Positions 1-8,834 of a DNA stretch of 64,000 nt are shown here, piece by piece. Numbering within the stretch: the stretch's first letter is position 1; each line of letters opens with the position of its first letter. The stretch lies in sequence record NZ_LR134445.1; one strand, 5' to 3'. The position numbers and the translations under genes were made by a program. Below the pieces are notes generated by a model. The model was not told where the DNA came from, did no database searches, and was given only the letters and a program-made list of their open reading frames with translations. The stretch comes from a plasmid.

Positions 1-713
1 AGCAGCACCAGGCCCAGCACGATGGCGCCGACCGTCGCGGGCCAGGCCCACCAGGACCACCGCACGTCGTCGGCGATGCGGGGCACCGCGTCGATCCAGC
101 GGCTACCGGCGACCCAGCCGAGCGAGACCAGGGCGTCGCGGACCGCGATCACGCCGAGCGCGACCAGTGCCAGCAGGAGCGGCACCGTCGCGATGCTCGC
201 GCCGGCGGTGCGCCGCGGTGCGTGACGGCGCAGGTCCCGGGCCGTGGGAGCGTCGTCGGCCGTGGTGGTGACGGTGCCGGGCGCGTGCGCGGTGCGGGGG
301 CCGGTGCGTTCGTCGCTGATCCGGGTGATGTGCACGTGCACCTCCTTCGGGGGCGCGCCCAGGCTGCGGGCGAGCTCGTCGTCGACCGCGGACCGGACCG
401 CCGGCACCAGACGTGCGGACTCGAGCGGCCACTGCGCGGCGATCTGCACGTCGACGTCGGTGCGCGCGCGGTCGGCGAAGCGCACGGACGGCAGCTGGCG
501 CGTCGTGAGGCCGCGGACCCGCTCGGTGCCGGGCACCGAGAGCGCGGCGTGCTCGACCAACCGTCGGCGCACGCGGTCGTCGATGACGGTGCGGCCCCGG
601 CCGGCGGTGTCGACGGGGTTCCGGTCGCCGCTGTCGGCTCCGGTCGCCGCAGCGACGGTGTCGGCCGTGACCGCCGCGGCGAGCGGGCCGTCGGGGGTCA
701 CCGATTCGGTGGT
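1..713 (-). CDS. DUF6286/AmaP-like membrane protein of the Asp23 operon, partial (runs off window start)
   Basis: Open frame on - strand from ATG at ~713 to position 1. N-terminal soluble region (VIDDRVRRRLVEHAALSVPG...) then two hydrophobic helices (ATVPLLLALVALGVIAV; WSWWAWPATVGAIVLGLVLL). Position downstream of the Asp23/DUF2273 genes fits the usual actinobacterial locus. Confidence 0.4.
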
Positions 714-718
714 CATGG

Positions 719-904
719 TCAGCTCCGGTCGCGGCGCCGCAGGGCGGTGAGGTCGATGAGCCCGTCGAGGTGTGCGCCCACGGCCGCGCCGGCGGCGCCG
801 AGAACGATCGCGAGCAGGAAGCCGACCAGGCCGCCGACCACGACGGCGATCGCCACGAGCAGGCCGATCACGCCTCCCCACACGGTGAAGTGTCCTGGCG
901 TCAT
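719..904 (-). CDS. DUF2273-like small membrane protein (61 aa)
   Basis: Internal ATG of ORF 719..1270 (MTPGHFTVWGGVIGLLVAIAVVVGGLVGFLLAIVLGAAG...). 4-nt overlap with the upstream gene, typical Asp23-operon partner. Confidence 0.5.
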   Translation of the reverse strand: MTPGHFTVWGGVIGLLVAIAVVVGGLVGFLLAIVLGAAGAAVGAHLDGLIDLTALRRRDRS

Positions 905-1224
905 GCGGTGAACTCCTTCGGTGCTGCGGGGCCCTGGTCGGACACCGCGATATCGGATACGACGACGTCCACGGGGACTCCCGCGGCGTCGGAGGCGGCC
1001 ACGCGAACGCGGTCCGCGAGGTCGACGAGGTCGAGGTCGCGCCGGAACTCGAGGACGACGGAGACCTGTCCGCCGTCGTCGTCGAGCCGGACGCCGCGCA
1101 CCGTCCGGCCCGGGAGGTACGTGGCGGGGGATCCGGGCCCGCCGGCGTGGACGCCCACGACGCCGTCGATCGCCGTCACTGCGGCGACGACCCCGTCGAC
1201 CCGGGCGGCACGTGCGGCGCTCAC
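901..1224 (-). CDS. Asp23-like small protein / hypothetical
   Basis: ORF 901..1224, 107 aa with V/G/D-rich Asp23-like pattern. Overlaps neighbours by 4 nt on both sides (operon coupling). Confidence 0.5.
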   Translation of the reverse strand: MSAARAARVDGVVAAVTAIDGVVGVHAGGPGSPATYLPGRTVRGVRLDDDGGQVSVVLEFRRDLDLVDLADRVRVAASDAAGVPVDVVVSDIAVSDQGPAAPKEFTA

Positions 1225-1697
1225 TGGACCCGCGACTCCGTCGACGCCTCGCCGGTGGCGACGTCGTCATCGTCGGCGAAGTGGACGTCGTGGACGGTCA
1301 CGTTGACCTCGGTCACCTCGAGGCCGGTCATGGACTCGACGGCGTCGATGACGTTGCTGCGGATGCCGGCGGCCAGGTCGTGGATCGCGACGCCGTACTC
1401 GGCGACGATCGTCACGTCGACGGCGGCCTGCCGCTCGCCGACCTCCACGGTGACGCCCTGCGTCAGGTCCGGCGCGCCCGGAAGGGTCTCGCGGATGCGG
1501 CCCACGACGCGGGCGGCCTGGCCGCCGAGGTCGTAGACGCCGTCGACCTCGCGGGCCGCGATGCCGGCGATCTTGGACACGACCACGTCGGCGATGTTGG
1601 TGCTGCCGCGCCCGACCTGCGTCGCGACCGCGGTCCCGGGCTTCGTGGCCGTCGTCTCGTCGGCGGTCGCGGCGGGCTTGGTGGTGGTCGAGGTCAT
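1221..1697 (-). CDS. Asp23/Gls24 family envelope (alkaline shock) stress protein
   Basis: Internal ATG (MTSTTTKPAAT...) of ORF 1221..2072. Hallmark IAGIAAREVDGVYDLGG ... VTVHDVHFADDDD. Start set by codon arithmetic (158 aa). Confidence 0.8.
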   Translation of the reverse strand: MTSTTTKPAATADETTATKPGTAVATQVGRGSTNIADVVVSKIAGIAAREVDGVYDLGGQAARVVGRIRETLPGAPDLTQGVTVEVGERQAAVDVTIVAEYGVAIHDLAAGIRSNVIDAVESMTGLEVTEVNVTVHDVHFADDDDVATGEASTESRVQ

Positions 1698-1785
1698 GTT
1701 CGGTCTCCCTTGTGTCGACTGATGTACCGGGATCCGTTCCGGCACACTGGGTGAGTCGCCGTCTCGCGGAGATCGGCACGCGATT

Positions 1786-2373
1786 GTGACCCATCTCACA
1801 TTTGGAGGGTGGTTGTTCGACTCGGAGCTGCTGCCGTCGCTGTCCGACGAGACCCTGACGAGGCGCGCCCAGCGCGGCGACGCCGCGGCCTTCGACGTGC
1901 TCGTGCAGCGCCACGCGCCCGCCCTGCATCGCTTCGTCGCGCGGACGATGCCCGAACGCAGCGACTGCGACGACATCGTGCAGGAATCCCTCATCGCCGC
2001 GTGGAAGGCGCTCCCGAGCTTCGCCTTCCGCTCGACCCTGCGGACGTGGCTGTTCTCGATCGCGGCCCGCAAGACCGCTGACGTGCTGCGTCGCCGCGCC
2101 CCCGTCGTCGACTCGGAGGCCGTCGACGAGGCCGTCGCGCGGGAGCCCGGCCCCGTCGAGAAGGCGACCGACCGGGACTTCCTCGACGCCCTCGCGAGGG
2201 AACTGGGACGTCTGCCCTACCCGGCCCGTGCGGCGTGGTGGCTCCGCGAGGTCGACGGGCTCTCCATCGCCGAGATCGCGGGCGTCCTGCGGACCACGGA
2301 GGGGTCGGTGCGCGGCCACCTCCAGCGGACGCGGCAGCGCCTCGCGGACACGCTGGGGGAGTACTGGCCATGA
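1786..2373 (+). CDS. ECF-type RNA polymerase sigma-70 family factor
   Basis: Region 2 (RAQRGDAAAFDVLVQRHAPALHRFVARTM...IVQESLIAAWKAL) and region 4 (LSIAEIAGVLRTTEGSVRGHLQRTRQRL). A GGAGGG RBS precedes an in-frame TTG at 1813, which may be the true start. Confidence 0.8.
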   Translation: MTHLTFGGWLFDSELLPSLSDETLTRRAQRGDAAAFDVLVQRHAPALHRFVARTMPERSDCDDIVQESLIAAWKALPSFAFRSTLRTWLFSIAARKTADVLRRRAPVVDSEAVDEAVAREPGPVEKATDRDFLDALARELGRLPYPARAAWWLREVDGLSIAEIAGVLRTTEGSVRGHLQRTRQRLADTLGEYWP

Positions 2374-2966
2374 GCGATCCGACGCGGCCCGCGGAGGCCG
2401 GACCGTTGTGCAATCCGACAGGACGTGGTCACACTGGGGGAGCGATGAGTTTCAGGCGAGTGGAGAGTGGCGACGCCGAACCGGCGCAGGCCACCGATTG
2501 GATTGCCGACGCGACGCGTCGGCTCGCCGGGCTGTCCGCACCCGACGGTGAGGGGCCCGAGGTCGACCCGCGCTGGGGCGCGGACGCCATCGACCGGCTG
2601 CGTGAGGCCGTCGCCCTGCAGGTCTCCGCGCTGCCCCGGCGGTCCCGCCCGATCGCGACGGTGCGGCCGGGTGTGGCGGTCACCGAGCTGGCGCTGTCGA
2701 AGGCGATCACGGCCGCGCTCTCCGACACGGCAGCGGCCGAGTCCGCCGCCGTCGCCGATGTCGCGCTGGATCTCACCGGCGACGGGCTGGCCGCAGTGCA
2801 CGTGCACCTCGTCGCGGTCGGTGCCGACGGTCGCTCGCGCTCGCTGCTCGACGGTGGCGAACGCCTCCGCGCCCTCACGGCCGACGTCGTGCGGCGCATG
2901 GTCGGCACCGCCGACGCGCGCATCGACCTCACGTGGGAGGACGTGCTCACGCCGGAGCCGATCTAG
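2370..2966 (+). CDS. Asp23-like domain protein co-transcribed with the ECF sigma (possible anti-sigma/stress partner)
   Basis: ATG overlaps sigma stop (ATGA). C-terminal half (VAVTELALSKAITAALSDT...AVHVHLVAVGADG...ARIDLTWEDV) resembles Asp23 fold. Confidence 0.45.
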   Translation: MSDPTRPAEAGPLCNPTGRGHTGGAMSFRRVESGDAEPAQATDWIADATRRLAGLSAPDGEGPEVDPRWGADAIDRLREAVALQVSALPRRSRPIATVRPGVAVTELALSKAITAALSDTAAAESAAVADVALDLTGDGLAAVHVHLVAVGADGRSRSLLDGGERLRALTADVVRRMVGTADARIDLTWEDVLTPEPI

Positions 2967-3027
2967 GCGCCGTCGGACCCGTCGCGCGCATCCCGCGCGC
3001 GAACGGAGAATGACCAGCGGTTTTGTG

Positions 3028-3056
3028 GGTTGCGGAGAGGTTGTGTAATGTAGCTG
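3028..3056 (+). promoter_or_regulatory. Candidate promoter of the tRNA-Ser/tRNA-Arg pair (-35 TTGTGG, 17-nt spacer, -10 TAATGT)
   Basis: Sequence motif only; -10 fits the actinobacterial TANNNT. Confidence 0.2.
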
Positions 3057-3108
3057 CTCGGCGGTTGCGCGTGACCCGTAAGGATCGCTCGCGCATCGCG
3101 TCCGATTT

Positions 3109-3198
3109 GGAGGCGTGCCAGAGCGGCCGAATGGGACTCACTGCTAATGAGTTGTCCGGCCAACACCGGACCGGAGGTTCAAATCCTCTCGCCTCCGC
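3109..3198 (+). tRNA. tRNA-Ser (anticodon GCU)
   Basis: Cloverleaf read by eye: acceptor GGAGGCG/CGCCTCC, anticodon stem ACTCA/TGAGT, loop CUGCUAA, long variable arm, T-loop GGTTCAAATCC, 3' CCA encoded. Confidence 0.85.
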
Positions 3199-3238
3199 CA
3201 CGTCGGTCTTCGGACCGGCGAGAATTGAATATGGGTAT

Positions 3239-3311
3239 GCGCCCGTAGCTCAGTGGATAGAGCATCTGACTACGGATCAGAAGGTCAGGGGTTCGAATCC
3301 CTTCGGGCGCA
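3239..3311 (+). tRNA. tRNA-Arg (anticodon ACG)
   Basis: GCGCCCGTAGCTCAGTGGATAGAGCATCTGACTACGGATCAGAAGGTCAGGGGTTCGAATCCCTTCGGGCGCA, anticodon loop CUACGGA. Confidence 0.9.
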
Positions 3312-3319
3312 CAGTGACG

Positions 3320-3356
3320 GTCAGGGCCGGTTCTCCAGCGGAGAACCGGCCCTGAC
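3320..3356. terminator. Bidirectional hairpin terminator
   Basis: Perfect 16-bp inverted repeat GTCAGGGCCGGTTCTC / GAGAACCGGCCCTGAC between the tRNA genes and the convergent acyl-CoA synthetase gene. Confidence 0.6.
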
Positions 3357-3378
3357 TCGTATGGCGCGCGGTGCCGAC

Positions 3379-5022
3379 TCAGCCCTGGATCCGCTGGTGC
3401 CTGTCGGCCCACTCCGCGTCGCGGAGCTGCTTCTTCTGGATCTTCCCGGTCGAGTTGCGGGGGAGTTCGGGGACGACGGCGAAGACCCGCGGCGCCTTGA
3501 AGCCGGCGATCCGCTCGCGGGCGTGCGCGGAGAGTTCCTCCTCGTCGACCGACGACCCCGGCCGCAGGACGACGAAAGCCTTGGGGCGCTCTCCCCACTT
3601 CTCGTCGGGGATCCCGACGACGGCGACGTCCACCACCGCGGGATGGCTCGCGAGCGCCTGCTCCACCTCGATCGTGGAGATGTTCTCCCCGCCGGAGATG
3701 ATGACGTCCTTCGCCCGGTCGAGCAGTTGGACGTAGCCGTTCGGATGCATCACGCCGAGGTCGCCGGAGTGGAACCAGCCGCCGGCGAAGGCCTCGTCCG
3801 TGCGCTCGTCGTCGAGGTAGTAGCCCTTCATGACCATGTTTCCGCGCATCACGATCTCGCCCATCTCCGTGCCGTCCGGCGTGACGTCGACGAGGGCACC
3901 GTCGGAACCCGGTTCCGGGCGGACGACGCGGGCGCGGTCGGCGGTGAGCATGCCGACGCCCTGCCGCGCGAGCAGTCGCGGCAGTTCCTCGGCGGCGACG
4001 CCGGACCAGCTCGGGTCCGGCTCGCAGATCGTGTACGGCCCGTACGTCTCGGTCAGGCCGTAGACGTGGATGAGCTGAACGCCCAGGGCCCGCACCGCCG
4101 CGATGAGAGTGGGGCTCGGGGGCGCGGCCGCGGTGGTGACGGTGAGGACCCGATCCAGCGGGTGCGCCCGCTCGGAGGCGATCAAGAACGACAACACGGT
4201 CGGGGCGCCGTTGAGGTGGGTGATCCCCTCGCCGTCGATGAGCGCCCACATGTCGTCGCCGCGCACGGCGCGCAGGCACACCTGGGTCCCGGCCGCAGCC
4301 GCGACCGCCCAGGCGCCGCACCAGCCGTTGCAGTGGAACATGGGAAGCGTCCACAGGTACTTCGTGTCGATGCCGAAGCCGCTGTGGTGCACGTTGCCGA
4401 GGGCCGCGAGATAGGCGCCCCGGTGGGTGTACATGACGCCCTTCGGCTTCCCGGTGGTACCCGAGGTGTAGTTGATCGAGATCACCGAATCCTCATCGTC
4501 CACCTCCCACGGGAGCGGCGCATTGGAACCGCGGGCGAGCAGATCGGCGTAACTGGTCCCAGCGCCGGTGTACGCGCCGTCCTGCGCGGGCAGTTCGATG
4601 ACCTCGCGGATCGTGACCGGCTGCTGATCGGCGAGGGGAGCGAGCAGGGGCGCGTCGCCGAGGAGGATCGCCGCACCGGAATGCCCGCAGATGTAGGCGA
4701 CTTCGTCGGGCGAGAGGCGGGTGTTCGTGGCGACGAGCACGCCCCCGGCGAGCGGGACGGCGAAGTGCGCGACGAGGAGTTCGAGCGAGTTCGTCGCGAG
4801 GTAGGCCACCCGGTCGCCGGCCTCGATACCCGACGCGCGCAGAGCGTGCGCGAGGCGTGTGACGTGCGCGGCCAGCTCACGGTAGGTCGACCGGCGGTCG
4901 CCGTCCACCACGGCGGCGTGGTCGGGATGGACCTCCGCGGCGCGGCCGAGGAAGCGCAACGGCGTCAGCGGGGTGTCGAGGCCGGACCGCTGGGAGACGG
5001 AGCCGATAAGCGATGCGTTCAT
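3379..5022 (-). CDS. AMP-forming acyl-CoA synthetase (medium-chain fatty acid-CoA ligase-like)
   Basis: TSGTTGKPKG AMP-binding motif, YGLTET, GWFHSGDLG, PRNSTGKIQK. Start at MNASL preceded by AAGGAG RBS. Confidence 0.85.
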   Translation of the reverse strand: MNASLIGSVSQRSGLDTPLTPLRFLGRAAEVHPDHAAVVDGDRRSTYRELAAHVTRLAHALRASGIEAGDRVAYLATNSLELLVAHFAVPLAGGVLVATNTRLSPDEVAYICGHSGAAILLGDAPLLAPLADQQPVTIREVIELPAQDGAYTGAGTSYADLLARGSNAPLPWEVDDEDSVISINYTSGTTGKPKGVMYTHRGAYLAALGNVHHSGFGIDTKYLWTLPMFHCNGWCGAWAVAAAAGTQVCLRAVRGDDMWALIDGEGITHLNGAPTVLSFLIASERAHPLDRVLTVTTAAAPPSPTLIAAVRALGVQLIHVYGLTETYGPYTICEPDPSWSGVAAEELPRLLARQGVGMLTADRARVVRPEPGSDGALVDVTPDGTEMGEIVMRGNMVMKGYYLDDERTDEAFAGGWFHSGDLGVMHPNGYVQLLDRAKDVIISGGENISTIEVEQALASHPAVVDVAVVGIPDEKWGERPKAFVVLRPGSSVDEEELSAHARERIAGFKAPRVFAVVPELPRNSTGKIQKKQLRDAEWADRHQRIQG

Positions 5023-5048
5023 GAGGTTCTCCTTGGTGGTTCGAGGCG

Positions 5049-7730
5049 TCAACCGAGCAGCCGGGATTGCCGCACGAGGGCGACGGATTCACCGCGCGTG
5101 GAGACGCCGAGTTTGATGTTGATGTTCTTGAGGTGCCACTTGATCGTGTTGACGGCGACGCACAGCTCGGTGGCGATCCGCGCGTTCGTGTAGCCGCGAT
5201 CAACGAGTCGGAGGATCTCGATCTCCCTGGCGGACAGCTGCTTCAGGGCGGGGCTGAGGTTCCGGTTCGCGACGGCCCCGCCGGTCCGGTCGACGAGGTC
5301 GGCGAGATAGGTCGCGGGGATGGCCCCGAGGTCGAGCGCGCCCGCGTGCTCGGTGGGCGACGTCTGGACGCGATGCAGGAGCGCGACCACGTCGGCACCG
5401 GCATCGAGGAAGCTGCGGCGGAGGCCGGCGCGCGCCCCGAGTTCGAGCGCGGGTGCGATGGTGCGAATCGCCTGCTGTACTCGTCCCGCCGCGTGGAGGA
5501 CGCCCGCCAGGGCGATCCGCGTCGAGGTCTCCTTGCGCGGGTTACGCACCGGGTCAGTCTTTTCCAGGGCTACCGTCAGCCCAGCCACCGCCGCGGCGTG
5601 CCGGCCCTCAGCGCTGTCCATGATCGCCGCCGCCAGCGTGCGGGCGTGCTCCAGCGCACGCGAGACACCGTCCTGCCGCCCGGTGGGCCGCGGCATGGAC
5701 TGGACCAGGGCGTGCGCCCGCCCGAGGTCGCCGTCGTCGACGAGGAACCGGACCCGCTCGAGACTCAGCTCCGCGTGCAATCGCGGCAGTTCCAGGCGCA
5801 CAGCGGCGTCGCTCCCCTCTGTGAGGAGGCTCAGTGCCTCGGACCGCGCGCCCCGGGCGTCCCGAATCCGGGCGCGGGTGCGGTAGCTGGCGGACATGAA
5901 CTCGACCAGTCCGCCGTCCGAACCCAGGCGCGCGGCCTCCGCCGACAGCCGCTCGGCCTCGTCGACCCGATCCTGTTCGTACTGCAGCTCGGCCAGGAGC
6001 GCTGCCGCGAGTTGCGCTGCGTGCGAGTGGGCACCGGCGGAGTCTCGCGCGGTGGCGAGTGCGCTCCGGAGCAATTCCTCGGCGCGCCTCGTCTTCCACT
6101 GCGAGTACGCGGCAACACTCGCCAGGCACCGTCCGTAGACGGCGGGGAAACGGCCGGCTGTGAGGTCGTGGAAGGTGCGTGCCCACGCCTGCAGGTCCTC
6201 CGCGCGAGCGAACTCCTCGTCGTGGATCAGCACGACGGTTCGGAGGTTCGCCGCGACCCCGATCACGAACGGGCGGTGTTCGTCCGGCGCTGCGATCGCG
6301 CCGCCGACCAGGTGGTCCACGGCTGCGGGGCGGTCGGCGAAGACATCGATGCACGCCTGGACGACGTCCGCCTCCACCTCCCGCTGGTGACGATCACCGC
6401 CGTCGTCCGGAGCCGTGAACGAGTATCGGAGTTGATCCAGGGCGAGTTGCGCCGCGGCCGACCTCTGGAGGAGACAATTGGCCCAGCTCACCGCCATGAG
6501 TAGACGCGGCCGATCCCCGATGGCCCCGGCGGGGAGGCGGTCGATCAGCTGTAGGACAGCTACCATCCGGCTGTCCTCGATGAGCCGCATCGCCTCCCGC
6601 TCGACGAGATCGGCCGCGTCGTCGGCCCTTCCCGCCGCCATCGCGTGGTGGACGGCCTCGCCGATCATTCCGTTCTCGGCGAACCAGTCGGACGCGCGCG
6701 CGTGGAGTTCGGCGACACGACCAGCGTCGGTCACCGCCAGCCGGCGGCGGAGGAAGTCGGCGAAGAGATGGTGGTACCGGAACCACGTCGCGTCGTCCGC
6801 CATCCGGTCGAGGAACAGATCCCGGCGCTCCACGTCCTCCAATCGCGCGAGGCCGTCGCGCGAGCCGGTCAACGCGTCCGCGAGTGGGCCGCACACGCGC
6901 TCGGGAAGACAGGTCGCGAGCAGGAAGTCGTGCACGTCCGGGTCGAGTGCGTCCAGCACGTTCTCCGCCAGGAAGTCGCCGACCGCCCGGTGGCCGACCG
7001 CGTCGACCGGCGCCTGCGGATCGCCGCTGCGCAGCGACAGGGCCGCGAGCTTGAGAGCCGCCACCCAGCCGTCCGTCGAACGGATGAGATCCATGGTCGA
7101 CACCCCGGTATCGGCGCCGAGCCCGGTGAGGAGAGAGCGTGATTCGTCATCATCGAAACGGAGCTGGGCGCTGTCGATCTCGAGTAGCTCGTCGGTGATC
7201 AGCATCCTGCTGAGAGGCAACCCGGCACGGCTACGACTCGTCACCAACACGCGGAGACCGGAGCCGCCGTTGACGATGAGGTACTCAAGCGCCGACACCG
7301 TCTCGCGCGTGGTCACCCGGTGCCAGTCATCGATGATGAGCAGCACCGGACGGTCCGCCCGTTGCAGTCCGTTGATCAGCGACGTCAGCACGTAGTGCTC
7401 CGCGGGGATCCCGACGTCGTTCAGCATGGCCGACAGATCGCCGACGGCATCGGGCGCGACGCGGCTCACCGCTGCCACGACGTGCGCGAGGAACGACAGC
7501 ACCGGCTCGTCCCCGTCGATGGACAGCCACGCAACGGCGGCCCCGTCGGCCTGGAGGCGTTCGCGCCATTGCGCGGCGAGGGCGCTCTTCCCGAAGCCCG
7601 CCGGCGCGTGGACGAGGGTGAGCCGTACGTCGGCGTGGCGCTCCAGCGTCTGCAGGAGACGAACCCGTGCCACCAACCCGCGCGGCGGAAGCGCCGGGGT
7701 GAGGCGGGTGGTGAGTACGGATGTGTCCAT
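5049..7730 (-). CDS. LuxR-family transcriptional regulator, large ATP-binding (LAL/MalT-like)
   Basis: N-terminal P-loop (HAPAGFGKSALAAQW). C-terminal LuxR HTH (LSAREIEILRLVDRGYTNARIATELCVAVNTIKWHLKNI). Confidence 0.85.
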   Translation of the reverse strand: MDTSVLTTRLTPALPPRGLVARVRLLQTLERHADVRLTLVHAPAGFGKSALAAQWRERLQADGAAVAWLSIDGDEPVLSFLAHVVAAVSRVAPDAVGDLSAMLNDVGIPAEHYVLTSLINGLQRADRPVLLIIDDWHRVTTRETVSALEYLIVNGGSGLRVLVTSRSRAGLPLSRMLITDELLEIDSAQLRFDDDESRSLLTGLGADTGVSTMDLIRSTDGWVAALKLAALSLRSGDPQAPVDAVGHRAVGDFLAENVLDALDPDVHDFLLATCLPERVCGPLADALTGSRDGLARLEDVERRDLFLDRMADDATWFRYHHLFADFLRRRLAVTDAGRVAELHARASDWFAENGMIGEAVHHAMAAGRADDAADLVEREAMRLIEDSRMVAVLQLIDRLPAGAIGDRPRLLMAVSWANCLLQRSAAAQLALDQLRYSFTAPDDGGDRHQREVEADVVQACIDVFADRPAAVDHLVGGAIAAPDEHRPFVIGVAANLRTVVLIHDEEFARAEDLQAWARTFHDLTAGRFPAVYGRCLASVAAYSQWKTRRAEELLRSALATARDSAGAHSHAAQLAAALLAELQYEQDRVDEAERLSAEAARLGSDGGLVEFMSASYRTRARIRDARGARSEALSLLTEGSDAAVRLELPRLHAELSLERVRFLVDDGDLGRAHALVQSMPRPTGRQDGVSRALEHARTLAAAIMDSAEGRHAAAVAGLTVALEKTDPVRNPRKETSTRIALAGVLHAAGRVQQAIRTIAPALELGARAGLRRSFLDAGADVVALLHRVQTSPTEHAGALDLGAIPATYLADLVDRTGGAVANRNLSPALKQLSAREIEILRLVDRGYTNARIATELCVAVNTIKWHLKNINIKLGVSTRGESVALVRQSRLLG

Positions 7731-7837
7731 GGGTTCGGTGGCCTCGCTCCCACTCCTGGTGCGGATGATCGGTCAGGGGCGCCGACGGTACCTGCCTCCG
7801 CCGAGGGTAGTCAGGCACCGCGGGCGCTCGAGGAGGT

Positions 7838-8791
7838 TCACTCCCAGAGGCGCGGAGTCCAGCCGAGCCGGAATGCGGTGCGCAGATGCTCGCCCACGTC
7901 CTCCAATGCGGCGCGCCCGAAGTCGACGGCACCCGCGAGGTTCGCCGCGAAGGCGTGGATCTGCCCGTCGTACCGCTTGACCTGCGTCGGAACACCGGCG
8001 TCGCGCAGCTTCGCGGCGTACGCCTCGCCCTCGTCGCGGAGCGGGTCGTACTCCGCGGTGACCACCAGGGCGGGAGGGAGGCCGGCGTGGTCCGCGGCTC
8101 GGATCGGCGAGGCGCGCCAGTCGTCGGGGTCGGCGCGGTAGTGCTCGGAGAACCAGTCGAGCAGCGCGGTGGTGAGGAAGTAGCCCTCGCCGTTGTCGCG
8201 GGCGGAGTCGGTGTCTCGGCGGAAATCGGTCGCCGGATAGAGGAGCACCTGTCCCACCAGCTTCGGCCCGCCCTCGTCGCGGAGGGTCAATGCGGTCACT
8301 GCGGCGAGGTTGCCGCCCGCGCTGTCGCCGCCGACCGCGATCCGGTCGGGGTCGATGTTCAGCTCGGCCGCGTGCTCGGCCACCCAGCGGGTGGCGGCCA
8401 CGGCGTCGTCGACGGCCGCGGGGAAGGGGGCCTCCGGCGCCTTCCGGTAGTCCACGGAGACCACCACGGCGTGGGCGCGGTTCGCGAACAGGGTGCACGG
8501 CCCGTCGACGACGTCGGGGTCGCCGATGACCCAGCCGCCCCCGTGGAAGTACACGAGCACGGGGAAGGCACCGCTCCCCTTCGGTGTGTAGATCCGGACC
8601 GGGATGTCGCCGTCGGGCCCCGCGGCGACGGTGTCCGTCACCGAGATGACTTCCTCCGCGGGGAGCCCGCACTGGGCCACGACGGCACGGTACGTCGCGC
8701 GGGCGTCGGCGACCGGCATCTCGTCGAGGGGCGGTAGTCCGGTGTCCGCGACGGCCTGCAACCAAGCCGCGGTCTGCGTGTCGAGTGTCAT
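7838..8791 (-). CDS. alpha/beta hydrolase, hormone-sensitive-lipase family esterase
   Basis: HGGGW oxyanion motif and GDSAGG nucleophile elbow. Confidence 0.85.
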   Translation of the reverse strand: MTLDTQTAAWLQAVADTGLPPLDEMPVADARATYRAVVAQCGLPAEEVISVTDTVAAGPDGDIPVRIYTPKGSGAFPVLVYFHGGGWVIGDPDVVDGPCTLFANRAHAVVVSVDYRKAPEAPFPAAVDDAVAATRWVAEHAAELNIDPDRIAVGGDSAGGNLAAVTALTLRDEGGPKLVGQVLLYPATDFRRDTDSARDNGEGYFLTTALLDWFSEHYRADPDDWRASPIRAADHAGLPPALVVTAEYDPLRDEGEAYAAKLRDAGVPTQVKRYDGQIHAFAANLAGAVDFGRAALEDVGEHLRTAFRLGWTPRLWE

Positions 8792-8834
8792 GTCGAATCC
8801 TCTTCTCGGATGGATGGTGTGCTGAGCGGAGTGG

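Noticed and set aside
1-713. Splitting the 1..713 - strand frame into two genes (soluble + membrane)
   Set aside because: No in-frame stop was found on reading and no convincing second start, so it is kept as one partial ORF with low confidence.
2947-3355. ORFs 2947..3201(-) and 3023..3355(+)
   Set aside because: They overlap the two tRNA genes and their terminator, and have no coding signal.
3253-5193. 646-aa + strand ORF
   Set aside because: Antisense shadow of the acyl-CoA synthetase gene.
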